A stretch of DNA of 64,000 nucleotides, taken from Candidatus Parcubacteria bacterium (lineage in GTDB: Bacteria > Patescibacteriota > Minisyncoccia > Minisyncoccales > JAGMDC01). The notes under the pieces are model-generated. The model was not told the DNA's origin, searched no databases, and was given only the letters and a program-made list of their open reading frames with translations. How positions within the stretch are numbered: the first letter of the stretch is position 1; each line of letters opens with the position of its first letter. The position numbers and the translations under genes were made by a program. The stretch is taken from the NCBI GenBank assembly GCA_023131895.1, contig JAGLYZ010000002.1, positions 176,474 through 240,473 of the forward strand, written 5' to 3'. Positions 16,929-26,859 of this stretch are shown piece after piece.

Positions 16929-18701
16929 TTATTTCTCAAGAATGGCTTTTATTCTCCTGATGCCAGCGCTGCTTGATTCTTCTTTTATAATTTTAAATTT
17001 TCCCAATTCTCCAGTTCTCTTGACATGAGGGCCAGCGCAAATTTCTTTAGAAAAAACTTGTATTGAATAAACAAACACTTTTTCTGGATACTTTTCTTTA
17101 AAAAACGCTAAAGCGCCTGATTTTAATGCTTTTTCCAGCGGCATTTCTTGTTTTTTAACTTCTAAATCCTGCTTTATCTTTTGATTGACTAAATCCTCAA
17201 CTTTTTTTATTTCTTCTTTGGCCAGCTTTCTATCAAAAGAAAAATCAAATCTTAATCTTTCTGAAGTAATATCAGAGCCCATCTGCTTAACCTTATCTCC
17301 TAAAACTTGTCTTAAAGCGCTATGAAGAAGATGAGTAGCAGTATGAAGTTTTGAAGAAAATTTTCCGCCGCCGCCAAATTTCTTTTCTTTGCCAGCCCGG
17401 GAAATCTCCTGGTGGTCCTTAAGCGCTTTTTCAAAACCTTGTTTGTCAACTTTTTTATTATGCTCTTTTGCTATTTCCTCTATCATTTCAATTGGAAAGC
17501 CATAATTTTGGTATAAATCAAAAGCTTGTTTTCCTGTAATGTCTCCTTTGACAATGATTATATTAGTTTCTTTAATACCAACTTCTAAGGCTTTTTCAAA
17601 TTTCTCTTCCTCTTTTTGGATAACAGTTAAAATATCTGGTTGCTTGGAAAAAACTTCGGGATAAATGTCTTTATAAATCTCAATTGTTTTATTTGCTAAA
17701 GGAATTAAAAATCCTGGTCCTGCTTCTATTATCTTACCATAACGGATAGCTCTTCTCAAAATCCGCCTTAAAACATATCCTTGTTCTATATTGGAAGGAA
17801 AAACACCTTCGCTTATTAAAAATACAGAACCACGGATATGATCTGCTATAATTCTAAAATATTTTTTATTGTTTTCGTATTTTTTTGAAGATTGCCTTTC
17901 TATTTCTTGAATAATCGGCAGAAATAAATCTGTTTCATAAGCTGAATGTTTATTTTCTAAAATTGCCAGAACTCTTTCAAGACCCATTCCAGTATCTACA
18001 TTTTTCTGAGAAAGTTTCTGATAATTGCCATTTTTGTTTTTTAAATATTCTATAAAAACAAGATTCCATATTTCTATAAAACGCTGGCATTTAGAACAAT
18101 TAGGACCGCAATCTGTGTCTCCACAGCCAAATTCTTTTCCTCTGTCATAATGAATCTCTGAACAGGGTCCGCAAATTCCTGTCTCTCCTACTGGGCCCCA
18201 AAGATTGTCTTCTTCGCTAAATTCTTTTATTCTTTCTCCTGGAATACCTTGTTTTTTCCAAATCTTTATAGATTCCTCGTCTTTAGGAATTTCTTCGTTT
18301 CCTTTAAATATAGTAATATAAAATTTGTTTTTATCTAATTTAAGTTCATTGATTAAAAATTCCAAAGCATATTTAATTGTTCCTTGTTTAAAATAATGTC
18401 CTTTTTCATCCTGGCCAATTGACCAGTTTCCCAACATCTCAAAAAAAGTATTATGCGTATCATCGCCTATTTCTTCAATATCATCACTGCGAAAGCATTT
18501 TTGGCAATTAGCTAAGTGTCTTGTTTTAAAATCTTTTAGAACATCTTTTTCGCCAGATAAATACAAAGAAAACTGCTGCATTCCAGCAGTAGTGAATAAA
18601 ACAGTAGAATCAGAAGGCAGCAAAGAAGAAGACGATACGATTTTATGCTTTCTTTTTTTAAAAAAATCTAAAAAATTCTTGCGCAGTTTATCAGAATTCA
18701 T
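16929..18701 (-). CDS. alaS: Alanine--tRNA ligase, short form (590 aa, no C-Ala domain)
   Basis: FTTAGMQQF class II motif; editing-domain HTATHLLHSALRQVLG and CAGPHV. Ends right after the editing domain. Confidence 0.85.
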   Translation of the reverse strand: MNSDKLRKNFLDFFKKRKHKIVSSSSLLPSDSTVLFTTAGMQQFSLYLSGEKDVLKDFKTRHLANCQKCFRSDDIEEIGDDTHNTFFEMLGNWSIGQDEKGHYFKQGTIKYALEFLINELKLDKNKFYITIFKGNEEIPKDEESIKIWKKQGIPGERIKEFSEEDNLWGPVGETGICGPCSEIHYDRGKEFGCGDTDCGPNCSKCQRFIEIWNLVFIEYLKNKNGNYQKLSQKNVDTGMGLERVLAILENKHSAYETDLFLPIIQEIERQSSKKYENNKKYFRIIADHIRGSVFLISEGVFPSNIEQGYVLRRILRRAIRYGKIIEAGPGFLIPLANKTIEIYKDIYPEVFSKQPDILTVIQKEEEKFEKALEVGIKETNIIIVKGDITGKQAFDLYQNYGFPIEMIEEIAKEHNKKVDKQGFEKALKDHQEISRAGKEKKFGGGGKFSSKLHTATHLLHSALRQVLGDKVKQMGSDITSERLRFDFSFDRKLAKEEIKKVEDLVNQKIKQDLEVKKQEMPLEKALKSGALAFFKEKYPEKVFVYSIQVFSKEICAGPHVKRTGELGKFKIIKEESSSAGIRRIKAILEK

Positions 18702-18759
18702 AGCTTTATTTTATCAAATTTTACCAAAAATAAAAGACCTTACTGGCCTTAATTTTTTT

Positions 18760-18779
18760 GGTTTCTTAGAGTTGTCCCG
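18760..18779 (-). other. 3' half of the pre-16S processing stem
   Basis: ggtttcttagagttgtcccg pairs over 20 positions (one G-U) with 20365-20383, enclosing the 16S gene. RNase III-type stem is an inference. Confidence 0.65.
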
Positions 18780-18860
18780 GGTCGATCTTTAAGATGTTCG
18801 ACCAATACCTTTAAAGTTAAAGAGAGAATTCTCACCCTTCAACTTTAGTCAACACTTTTA

Positions 18861-20357
<1,497 letters not shown>

Positions 20358-20364
20358 TTTGATT

Positions 20365-20383
20365 CGGGACAACTCTAAAAAAC
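20365..20383 (-). other. 5' half of the pre-16S processing stem
   Basis: cgggacaactctaaaaaacc, complementary to 18760-18779. Confidence 0.65.
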
Positions 20384-20433
20384 CAATTTTATTATTCAAT
20401 TATCAACGAACTTTCCTTGTTCCTTCTATTTTC

Positions 20434-20462
20434 ATTGTATCAATTAATAAAATCTTTGTCAA
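20434..20462 (-). promoter_or_regulatory. Putative 16S rRNA promoter
   Basis: Minus strand TTGACA, 17 nt, TACAAT, about 75 nt upstream of the 16S 5' end. Confidence 0.55.
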
Positions 20463-20498
20463 TTAAATAATCATACTCTAAATCTGCTTTGTTCTTTC

Positions 20499-20888
20499 CT
20501 ATTCCGCAATATCGGGGTGAAAATCAACTTGATATTCTGGTATGCCAAGCGAAATACCGTAACGTTTCGCTTCGTCATGTTGTTCTTTGCTTGTTCGGTC
20601 AATGTAGAAAATTTTGTTCCGGAAAATAATATAGGCGTAAGTTTTATTTTTGAAATCGGCATACCACGAGCCGCCATGATCACGATCTAATGATTGGCTA
20701 ATTTCTTCGGCTATATCTCTTGCCTCATTTTCCGGTATCTCAACAGTGTGTAAAGTCCATTGCGAAAGCCATGGTGTTTTATGTTTGGTCGTAACTTGTT
20801 CAACTTTCGTTGAGATAATCTTTACTTTTTTAAGAACCTTCTTATTTTCAAGAGATTCTTCAATGATAACGCCTTTATAATCTGTCAT
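20499..20888 (-). CDS. Hypothetical protein (129 aa)
   Basis: Clean ORF MTDYKGVIIEESLENKK... No family recognised. The overlapping 20471..20683 track ORF is rejected. Confidence 0.5.
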   Translation of the reverse strand: MTDYKGVIIEESLENKKVLKKVKIISTKVEQVTTKHKTPWLSQWTLHTVEIPENEARDIAEEISQSLDRDHGGSWYADFKNKTYAYIIFRNKIFYIDRTSKEQHDEAKRYGISLGIPEYQVDFHPDIAE

Positions 20889-21015
20889 AATTTTTATACT
20901 ACTTGAAATTTTATTCTATAGGAAATGGACTATTCCTATATTCCCAGTTTTTTATAAATTGTGAATATTCCCTCTCAAGCTCTAAATAATCTTTTTTTAT
21001 TAGAAATTTTCAAAA

Positions 21016-21086
21016 AGCCTCCTGTCAGAATTGGACTGACGTCTATGGTTTACAAAACCATTGCTCTGCCACTAAGCTAAGGAGGC
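21016..21086 (-). tRNA. tRNA-Thr (anticodon UGU), no encoded CCA
   Basis: GCCTCCT-TA-GCTT-AGTGGCA-GAGC-A-ATGGT-TTTGTAA-ACCAT-AGAC-GTCAG-TCCAATT-CTGAC-AGGAGGC-T folds as a cloverleaf. Confidence 0.8.
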
Positions 21087-21104
21087 GAAACTTTGGTAAA
21101 ATTA

Positions 21105-21127
21105 TTCTACCGCTGAGCTACACCGGC
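21105..21127 (-). pseudogene. tRNA 5'-fragment (acceptor plus D-arm only)
   Basis: GCCGGTGTAGCTCAGCGGTAGAA followed by non-tRNA sequence, 18 nt upstream of tRNA-Thr. Confidence 0.5.
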
Positions 21128-21133
21128 ATTTTT

Positions 21134-21568
21134 TTACTCCTGACTTTTGACTTTTAGTTTTTTTTGAGTTTTGCGTTTTGAGCTGCTCGCATCGCTTCGC
21201 GGGCGAAGCGGGTGGTTTTGAACTTTGAGTTTTGAGTTTTGCGTTTGCTTTATCTCTTCCCAATAATTATCTTTCTTATAATGATCTTCATTGTCCTTCT
21301 GACGCAATCCATCTAATGTCTTACTAATTCTGTTTTCCATTTTTAAAGTTAAAATGCGAATCCGCATAAGAAGTTTCTGTAAAAAATTTTTAGAATCAAA
21401 AATTTCAGAAAAATTTAATCCTTTAATTTCTCTTTTTGCTTTTAAAAATAGGCTTTCTTCTCCACTAGTCAATGGTAAATCAACCAAAACTGGAATCTTT
21501 CGGAATACAATAATCGCCATACCAGACAAACTACCAAATAAAATTATTGTTGCGATTAGTCCTGCCAT
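21134..21568 (-). CDS. Membrane-anchored hypothetical protein; C-terminus encoded by a repeat element
   Basis: N-terminal TM helix. The last 45 or so codons run through GAGTTTTG repeats and a GC-rich palindrome. Confidence 0.45.
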   Translation of the reverse strand: MAGLIATIILFGSLSGMAIIVFRKIPVLVDLPLTSGEESLFLKAKREIKGLNFSEIFDSKNFLQKLLMRIRILTLKMENRISKTLDGLRQKDNEDHYKKDNYWEEIKQTQNSKLKVQNHPLRPRSDASSSKRKTQKKLKVKSQE

Positions 21569-21704
21569 AATAAAAACAAGTTAAAAGTAGAAAGTCAAAA
21601 GTCATAGTTAAAAATTAAAAGTTAGAATTCAAGAAAAAATTTAATAAATTAAACTTTTAACTTAAAACTTTAACTTTACACTTTTCATTTTTAACTTTTA
21701 ACTA
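21569..21704. repeat. Family-2 palindromic intergenic element
   Basis: aagttaaaagtagaaagtcaaaagtcatagttaaaaattaaaagttagaattcaag ... cttaaaactttaactttacacttttcatttttaacttttaact. Confidence 0.8.
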
Positions 21705-22289
21705 TTAAATTTCGTATCTCTTAAATTCTGATACAACGATATTTTCACCAATCCTGGCAATATATTCGTCAATCAAATCCTTTACTGTCTTTGCTTCGTC
21801 TTTTATCCAGGACTGGGATAATAATGAAATTTCTTTCTTGTATTTTGTCAGCTTTCCTTCTATTATTTCATCTATAATCTTTTTAGGCTTGCCAGAATCC
21901 TTAAATTGTTCTTGATAAATCTTTGTTTCTCCATGTAAAAATTCTTCAGGAATGTCTTCTTCTTTTAAAAATAATGGCTTGGAAGCGGCTATCTGCAGGC
22001 AAATTTCATGAGCCAGCATCTGAAATTGCTCTGATTTTGCGACAAAATCAGTTTCGCAAAGAATCTTTAATATAACGCCAATTTTTTTATTTGAATGAAT
22101 ATAACTTTCAATTATTCCCTGCTTAACTTGTCTTTCTGATTTCTTACCAGCTAAATCCTTGCCCCATTTTCTTAAAATTTCTTTGGCTGTGTTAATATCC
22201 CCATTAGCTTGCTCTAATGCCTTTTTGCATTCTGAAACAGAAACATCAGTCTCTTCCCGAAGTTGTTTGATTTGGTCAATAGAAACCAT
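21705..22289 (-). CDS. tsf: Elongation factor Ts (short form, 194 aa)
   Basis: IKQLREETDVSVSECKKALEQANGDINTAKEILRKWG UBA-like N-terminus; follows rpsB. Confidence 0.85.
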   Translation of the reverse strand: MVSIDQIKQLREETDVSVSECKKALEQANGDINTAKEILRKWGKDLAGKKSERQVKQGIIESYIHSNKKIGVILKILCETDFVAKSEQFQMLAHEICLQIAASKPLFLKEEDIPEEFLHGETKIYQEQFKDSGKPKKIIDEIIEGKLTKYKKEISLLSQSWIKDEAKTVKDLIDEYIARIGENIVVSEFKRYEI

Positions 22290-22290
22290 A

Positions 22291-23115
22291 TTATTTCTTT
22301 GTTTTTAGTATTGTCTCTTTAACTTTTTCTAATATATATTTTACAGATGATATTGCATCGTCATTGCCAGGAATAGGATAATCAACTAATGTTGGATCAA
22401 CATTAGTATCACAAATAGCAATTACTTTTATTCCTTTCATTCTCGCCTCTTTCACTGCTAAATCATCCTTTCTTATATCTAAAACAAAAATGGCATCAGG
22501 GACCCATTCAAGTTTTTTAAGTCCTTCAAATTTGGTTTTCATATTTTGAAGCTCTCTGTTCATTTTAATCCTTTCTTTTTTCGTATACTTTTCCCATCCG
22601 CCGCCTGCTTTTTTCTTTTCTATCTCTTTTAAATATTCCACTCGTTTAGAAAGCACTCCAAAATTAGTTAATGTCCCGCCGAGCCATCTTTCATTAACAT
22701 AAGGCAACGCGCATTCTTCAGCAATTTCTTTAACTAAATCCTTAATCTGAATTTTAGTGCCAGTCAAAAGTAAAACCTTGTTTTCAGAAATAAGTTCTTG
22801 AATAAATTTCAATGCTTCTTCAAATTTCTTCACGGTTTTTTCTAAATCAATAATATGAACTGTGTTTTTAACACCAGCTAAATAAGGCTCCATTTTTGGA
22901 TGAAGGCGAGATGTCCGATGGCCGAAATGAACACCGGCCGCCAACATTTCATCTACGTCAATTTTAAAATTAGTTTCCTTTTTAGAAACTTTTTTATCTT
23001 CAACTTTTTTTTCTTCCTTGCCAGCCGTAGCTTTAGCGGAGGCGGGCTTCGGCTTCTCTTTTTTAGTTTCCTTTTCCTCTTTTTGTTTCTCTTTGGTTTC
23101 TTTTTTATCCGTCAT
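22291..23115 (-). CDS. rpsB: 30S ribosomal protein S2 with a 48-aa or so Lys/Glu-rich N-terminal extension
   Basis: MLAAGVHFGHRTSRLHPKMEPYL... begins near residue 57. Confidence 0.9.
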   Translation of the reverse strand: MTDKKETKEKQKEEKETKKEKPKPASAKATAGKEEKKVEDKKVSKKETNFKIDVDEMLAAGVHFGHRTSRLHPKMEPYLAGVKNTVHIIDLEKTVKKFEEALKFIQELISENKVLLLTGTKIQIKDLVKEIAEECALPYVNERWLGGTLTNFGVLSKRVEYLKEIEKKKAGGGWEKYTKKERIKMNRELQNMKTKFEGLKKLEWVPDAIFVLDIRKDDLAVKEARMKGIKVIAICDTNVDPTLVDYPIPGNDDAISSVKYILEKVKETILKTKK

Positions 23116-23152
23116 AATAGTTTTAATATATCATCACTTTGAAAAATAATCA

Positions 23153-23186
23153 AGACATTGACTTTTTTGTCTGGTTTGGTAGAAAG
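23153..23186 (+). promoter_or_regulatory. Repeated promoter-like box, copy 1
   Basis: agacaTTGACTtttttgtctggtttggTAGAAAg; 33/34 identical to 24092-24125. Confidence 0.5.
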
Positions 23187-23258
23187 GATATACGATTTGA
23201 TGATAGGTTTCGCACCTTGAAAATTTGGTGGTATAAAAAAGAAAAGGAGGTGAAAAAA

Positions 23259-23990
23259 ATGGTAGATATCGTAGATGCATTAAAGTATGTTGAAAAAATT
23301 AGTAAAAAAAGCGGTTATATTGGAATAGAAAACACAGAAGAAGAGGGATTGCATATTATTGGATTAGACCCTACAATGACACTTCTCTATGATATGGAAA
23401 TAGATAATATAATCTTGAATGGAAAAACAGACAATATTAGTGGAGAATTAAAAATTGCTATTGAGATACCGCCAACGATTAAAAAGGGCTCTATATTAGA
23501 AATTAGAAACAGAATGTGGCCAAGAATTATCGCTGAACAATATGATGGCAAACTAAAGATAAAGGAAGGCATTGACATAATACCCAATAAACATTCTTCT
23601 GCATTAAGAAAAGCTATGAAAAACATAAAACGCCAACTTCCAGACCCTACAGAGATAATCATTGACGCCCAGATACTCAAGAGAATACTAAGGTTAACAA
23701 GTAGAAAGTGGAAGATAAAAATAAAAACAGAAAACGGTATTAGCATGGTTTTCTATAAACTAACTGGCATGAATTGGAAGACAGCAACCACTATTGGAGA
23801 AGAGATAGAATTAAAGTGTCAAACCAAAATCAAAGGTAAGATAAACGAAGATGTCGCAATAGAGTATAGATACCTAAAAAAGATAGTGCCATTATTGTCA
23901 AATCATTTATATTTGGCAACAAAACCAAACTTTTCAACATATATAGGGACAGAAACAGGAATAGATCTTTTAATAGCACCTATAACATAA
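23259..23990 (+). CDS. Hypothetical two-domain protein, possibly sliding-clamp (PCNA/beta-clamp) fold
   Basis: Start at MVDIVDALKYV after AAGGAGGTGA. C-terminus VAIEYRYLKKIVPLLSNHLYLATKPNF...GIDLLIAPIT resembles clamp C-termini. By-eye similarity only. Confidence 0.35.
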   Translation: MVDIVDALKYVEKISKKSGYIGIENTEEEGLHIIGLDPTMTLLYDMEIDNIILNGKTDNISGELKIAIEIPPTIKKGSILEIRNRMWPRIIAEQYDGKLKIKEGIDIIPNKHSSALRKAMKNIKRQLPDPTEIIIDAQILKRILRLTSRKWKIKIKTENGISMVFYKLTGMNWKTATTIGEEIELKCQTKIKGKINEDVAIEYRYLKKIVPLLSNHLYLATKPNFSTYIGTETGIDLLIAPIT

Positions 23991-23996
23991 TTTTTT

Positions 23997-24023
23997 GGGA
24001 TAATATACTTTATCCCTTTTTTA
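23997..24023 (+). terminator. Terminator after the 23259..23990 gene
   Basis: GGGAT-loop-ATCCC followed by TTTTTT. Short stem. Confidence 0.45.
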
Positions 24024-24091
24024 TTTTCAATTTTGATTTCCGATTACTTGACTTTTTATCCATATGGATATTTTTTCAAGTTTTATTGTAA

Positions 24092-24125
24092 AGACATTGA
24101 CTTTTTTATCTGGTTTGGTAGAAAG
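24092..24125 (+). promoter_or_regulatory. Repeated promoter-like box, copy 2
   Basis: agacaTTGACTtttttatctggtttggTAGAAAg. A perfect 14-bp palindrome TATCCATATGGATA lies about 25 nt upstream. Confidence 0.5.
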
Positions 24126-24168
24126 AAAATAATAAAGCAAATTTCAAAAAAATAAGGAGGTGATAAAA

Positions 24169-24351
24169 ATGGGTTCGGAAACAGAGCAAGAAATTTTACA
24201 AGTAATAGCTCAACTGAAAGAACTAAGCCAAAAAAAGGATTTTGAAAAAGCGATAGAATCATTAGAAGAACAACGCATAATTCTCGACATTAATCCACAG
24301 GCATTTTGTTCAAGAATAAATTCACTCTGTGGGAAATATGTTTTAACATAA
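24169..24351 (+). CDS. Small helical hypothetical protein (60 aa)
   Basis: MGSETEQEILQVIAQLKEL...; AAGGAGGTGA 6 nt upstream of the ATG. Confidence 0.45.
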   Translation: MGSETEQEILQVIAQLKELSQKKDFEKAIESLEEQRIILDINPQAFCSRINSLCGKYVLT

Positions 24352-24364
24352 AAAGAAAAGCTAT

Positions 24365-24395
24365 GAGGCATCTATTATTTGCCTCTTTTTTTTGG
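24365..24395 (+). terminator. Rho-independent terminator
   Basis: GAGGCA-tctattattt-TGCCTC followed by T8. Confidence 0.7.
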
Positions 24396-24454
24396 ACTCG
24401 CCCTGAGCTTGCCGAAGGGTTGATTTCTTAAAATATTTTTGTTACTATAATATT

Positions 24455-24679
24455 ATGAAGAAAGACATCCATCCAAAATACTACCCAAATGCACAAGTGC
24501 GGTGCGCGTGCGGCAATAGTTTTACTATTGGCTCAACAAAAGAACTCATTGAAATTGAGATTTGTTCTCAATGCCATCCTTTTTATACTGGCAAAGAAAA
24601 AATTATAGATACTGCTGGAAGAGTTGAAAAATTTAGAAAACGGCTTGCCAAAAAAGAAACGAAAAAAAGAAAAAAATAA
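24455..24679 (+). CDS. rpmE: 50S ribosomal protein L31 (Cys-containing type A)
   Basis: [28 protein letters not shown]...[11 protein letters not shown]. Confidence 0.9.
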   Translation: MKKDIHPKYYPNAQVRCACGNSFTIGSTKELIEIEICSQCHPFYTGKEKIIDTAGRVEKFRKRLAKKETKKRKK

Positions 24680-24682
24680 AAT

Positions 24683-25435
24683 ATGACTGATGAGAACGAA
24701 TCAAAAATTGACTCAGTAATTATAGAAATCAGGGCTGGGGCTGGAGGAGAAGAAGCTGCTTTATTTGCAGCTAATTTATTTAGAATGTATACAAGATATG
24801 CTCAAAATAAAGAATGGAAACAAAAAATTTTAGATTCCCAAAGAACAGAACTTGGCGGATATAAACAAATAACATTTGAATTAAAAAATGAAGAGGCCTG
24901 GCCTCAAATGAAATATGAAGGAGGAGTTCATAGAGTTCAAAGAATTCCAGAAACAGAAAAAGGGGGGAGAACGCACACTTCCACGGCAACTGTAGCTGTT
25001 CTGCCAAAATCAAAAAAAACTCAAATTAAAATAGATTCAAAAGATTTAAAAATTGATATTTACAAATCTTCCGGGCCAGGAGGACAAAACGTCAACAAAA
25101 GAGAAACAGCAATTAGAGTAACCCACTTGCCTACTGGAATAATAGTCACATCTCAAACAGAAAGAAACCAGTTAGAAAATAAAGAAAATGCTTTAAGCAT
25201 TCTGGAGGCACGGCTTTTAGAAAAAAAACAAAGAGAAGAAGAAGAGAAAATTAAAGGAACAAGAAATGCCCAGATTCATGCGGCGCAAAGGGCAGAGAAA
25301 ATTAGAACTTATAATTTTCCTCAAGACCGTATTACTGACCATCGCATAAAAAAATCCTGGCATCATATTGAAAAAATTATGGATGGAGAATTAGACAAAA
25401 TGGTTAAAACTTTAGAAAAAAATCTAAAAAATTAA
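24683..25435 (+). CDS. prfA: Peptide chain release factor, RF1-type, lacking the N-terminal domain (250 aa)
   Basis: RIPETEKGGRTHTS (PxT-type codon-recognition loop) and SGPGGQNVNK (GGQ). The protein starts at the region equivalent to RF domain 2. Confidence 0.75.
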   Translation: MTDENESKIDSVIIEIRAGAGGEEAALFAANLFRMYTRYAQNKEWKQKILDSQRTELGGYKQITFELKNEEAWPQMKYEGGVHRVQRIPETEKGGRTHTSTATVAVLPKSKKTQIKIDSKDLKIDIYKSSGPGGQNVNKRETAIRVTHLPTGIIVTSQTERNQLENKENALSILEARLLEKKQREEEEKIKGTRNAQIHAAQRAEKIRTYNFPQDRITDHRIKKSWHHIEKIMDGELDKMVKTLEKNLKN

Positions 25436-25439
25436 ATTT

Positions 25440-26858
25440 TTACTTCTCGCTTTCAAGCTTAGCAATGTCTTTTTCGTATCTATCAGCTAAGGACACTACA
25501 GACCTTCCGTAAAATTCTTCATATTTAGTCCAAGCGCTTCCAGAGAAATAATGCATGGCTGCTTTAAATTCATTTTTTGTACAGCCTAATTCTGTCAGGT
25601 AAATACCAGACGCTAAAAAAGCGTCTTTTATATTCCAAGGATCAGCAGTTTTTCCAGTCACTGCTTTTATTTTATCTTTATATAAAACCCAAGTAGAAGG
25701 AATAAACTGGGCTGGACCCATTGCCCCTCCCCAGCCATAAGGTTTGCCTTTATAATACATACAGCAGGAAACAGGCGTGCTATAAGGATCTCTTCCTAAC
25801 GATTTAGTAATCTCTAAAAACTTAGGAATACTTTTAGGCCCCATTGTCTTAGGCGCTGTTCTACCAGTTTTTATGTAAATTCCATCACCGGTCTTTGTAT
25901 TTTTTAAATAGCACTGTCCAACATTCTTACCAATATTTGATTCTTGAGTTAAAATCGCCAGTAAAAATGCAGGACGAATTCCAGTGACTCCCTCAACATA
26001 TTTAGCTAATTCATATGCTTCGCCAAAAGTTGGTGCTTTAGCGACACCAACTAACTCAAAAATACGAGCTCTTATTTCAGAAGCAGTTTTATCTGTTGCC
26101 TCCTTGTCTTTAATATACTTTTGATATTCTTTTTCTGTTAATTTAAGAAAATATTCCTTCTCTGTTTTTATTTCTGCATTTTCTTGTTTTTGTAAATTAT
26201 AAACAGCAAGAGTCTTTTCTCTGTCTTCTTTTTCTCCATCTAATGATTGTTTTTGATTTTCCAAATATGTCTTCAAACTTTTAATATTTTTTAAAATTTC
26301 TTGGTTTTCAGAGTTAAGTATTTCTAATGCCACTAAATTATCAAAAAAATCAGAAAGCTCTTTTTCTGAAAGAAAAATCTCAATTAATGATTTTTGGTCT
26401 TCTTCATAAATAAGACGCAAAAGCTCTGCCATGTTTTCTTTTAAATCTTCAATTCCTAATGTGGTTTCATCTATTGATGATTCAGTGTCTGTAATTTGCA
26501 AGCCAAGGTCTTTTATTATTAAACTGCTCTGATTAATTTTATAATTTAAGTTTTGAATTTTCTTTCTTAAACTATAAATTTTGTTTTCCAGGCTTTTTTT
26601 CTCTGTTTCGGTTTTATTAATATCCTTTTCTATTTCCTCGCTTTTTTCTACAAAATATGCTTCACACTTTCTTAAAAAACTTTCATAGTCATTCTTTGAA
26701 AGCTCGCTTTCCCTTTTTTCAATATTTTCTATCTGGCATTCTTTTTCTAAGTTTTCTTCAGCCAATAGAAAAAAATTTGGCAAAGCTAAAGCCAAAATAA
26801 GTAAAATTAAAAGTATTAATTTATAAAAACGAAAAAACATATTATTTTGTTTCTCCAA
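25440..26858 (-). CDS. Secreted coiled-coil protein with C-terminal lytic transglycosylase-like domain
   Basis: N-terminal signal/TM, about 250 aa of coiled coil, then LLAILTQESNIGKNVGQC...GAMGPAQFIPSTW. Confidence 0.6.
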   Translation of the reverse strand: MEKQNNMFFRFYKLILLILLILALALPNFFLLAEENLEKECQIENIEKRESELSKNDYESFLRKCEAYFVEKSEEIEKDINKTETEKKSLENKIYSLRKKIQNLNYKINQSSLIIKDLGLQITDTESSIDETTLGIEDLKENMAELLRLIYEEDQKSLIEIFLSEKELSDFFDNLVALEILNSENQEILKNIKSLKTYLENQKQSLDGEKEDREKTLAVYNLQKQENAEIKTEKEYFLKLTEKEYQKYIKDKEATDKTASEIRARIFELVGVAKAPTFGEAYELAKYVEGVTGIRPAFLLAILTQESNIGKNVGQCYLKNTKTGDGIYIKTGRTAPKTMGPKSIPKFLEITKSLGRDPYSTPVSCCMYYKGKPYGWGGAMGPAQFIPSTWVLYKDKIKAVTGKTADPWNIKDAFLASGIYLTELGCTKNEFKAAMHYFSGSAWTKYEEFYGRSVVSLADRYEKDIAKLESEK

Positions 26859-26859
26859 A

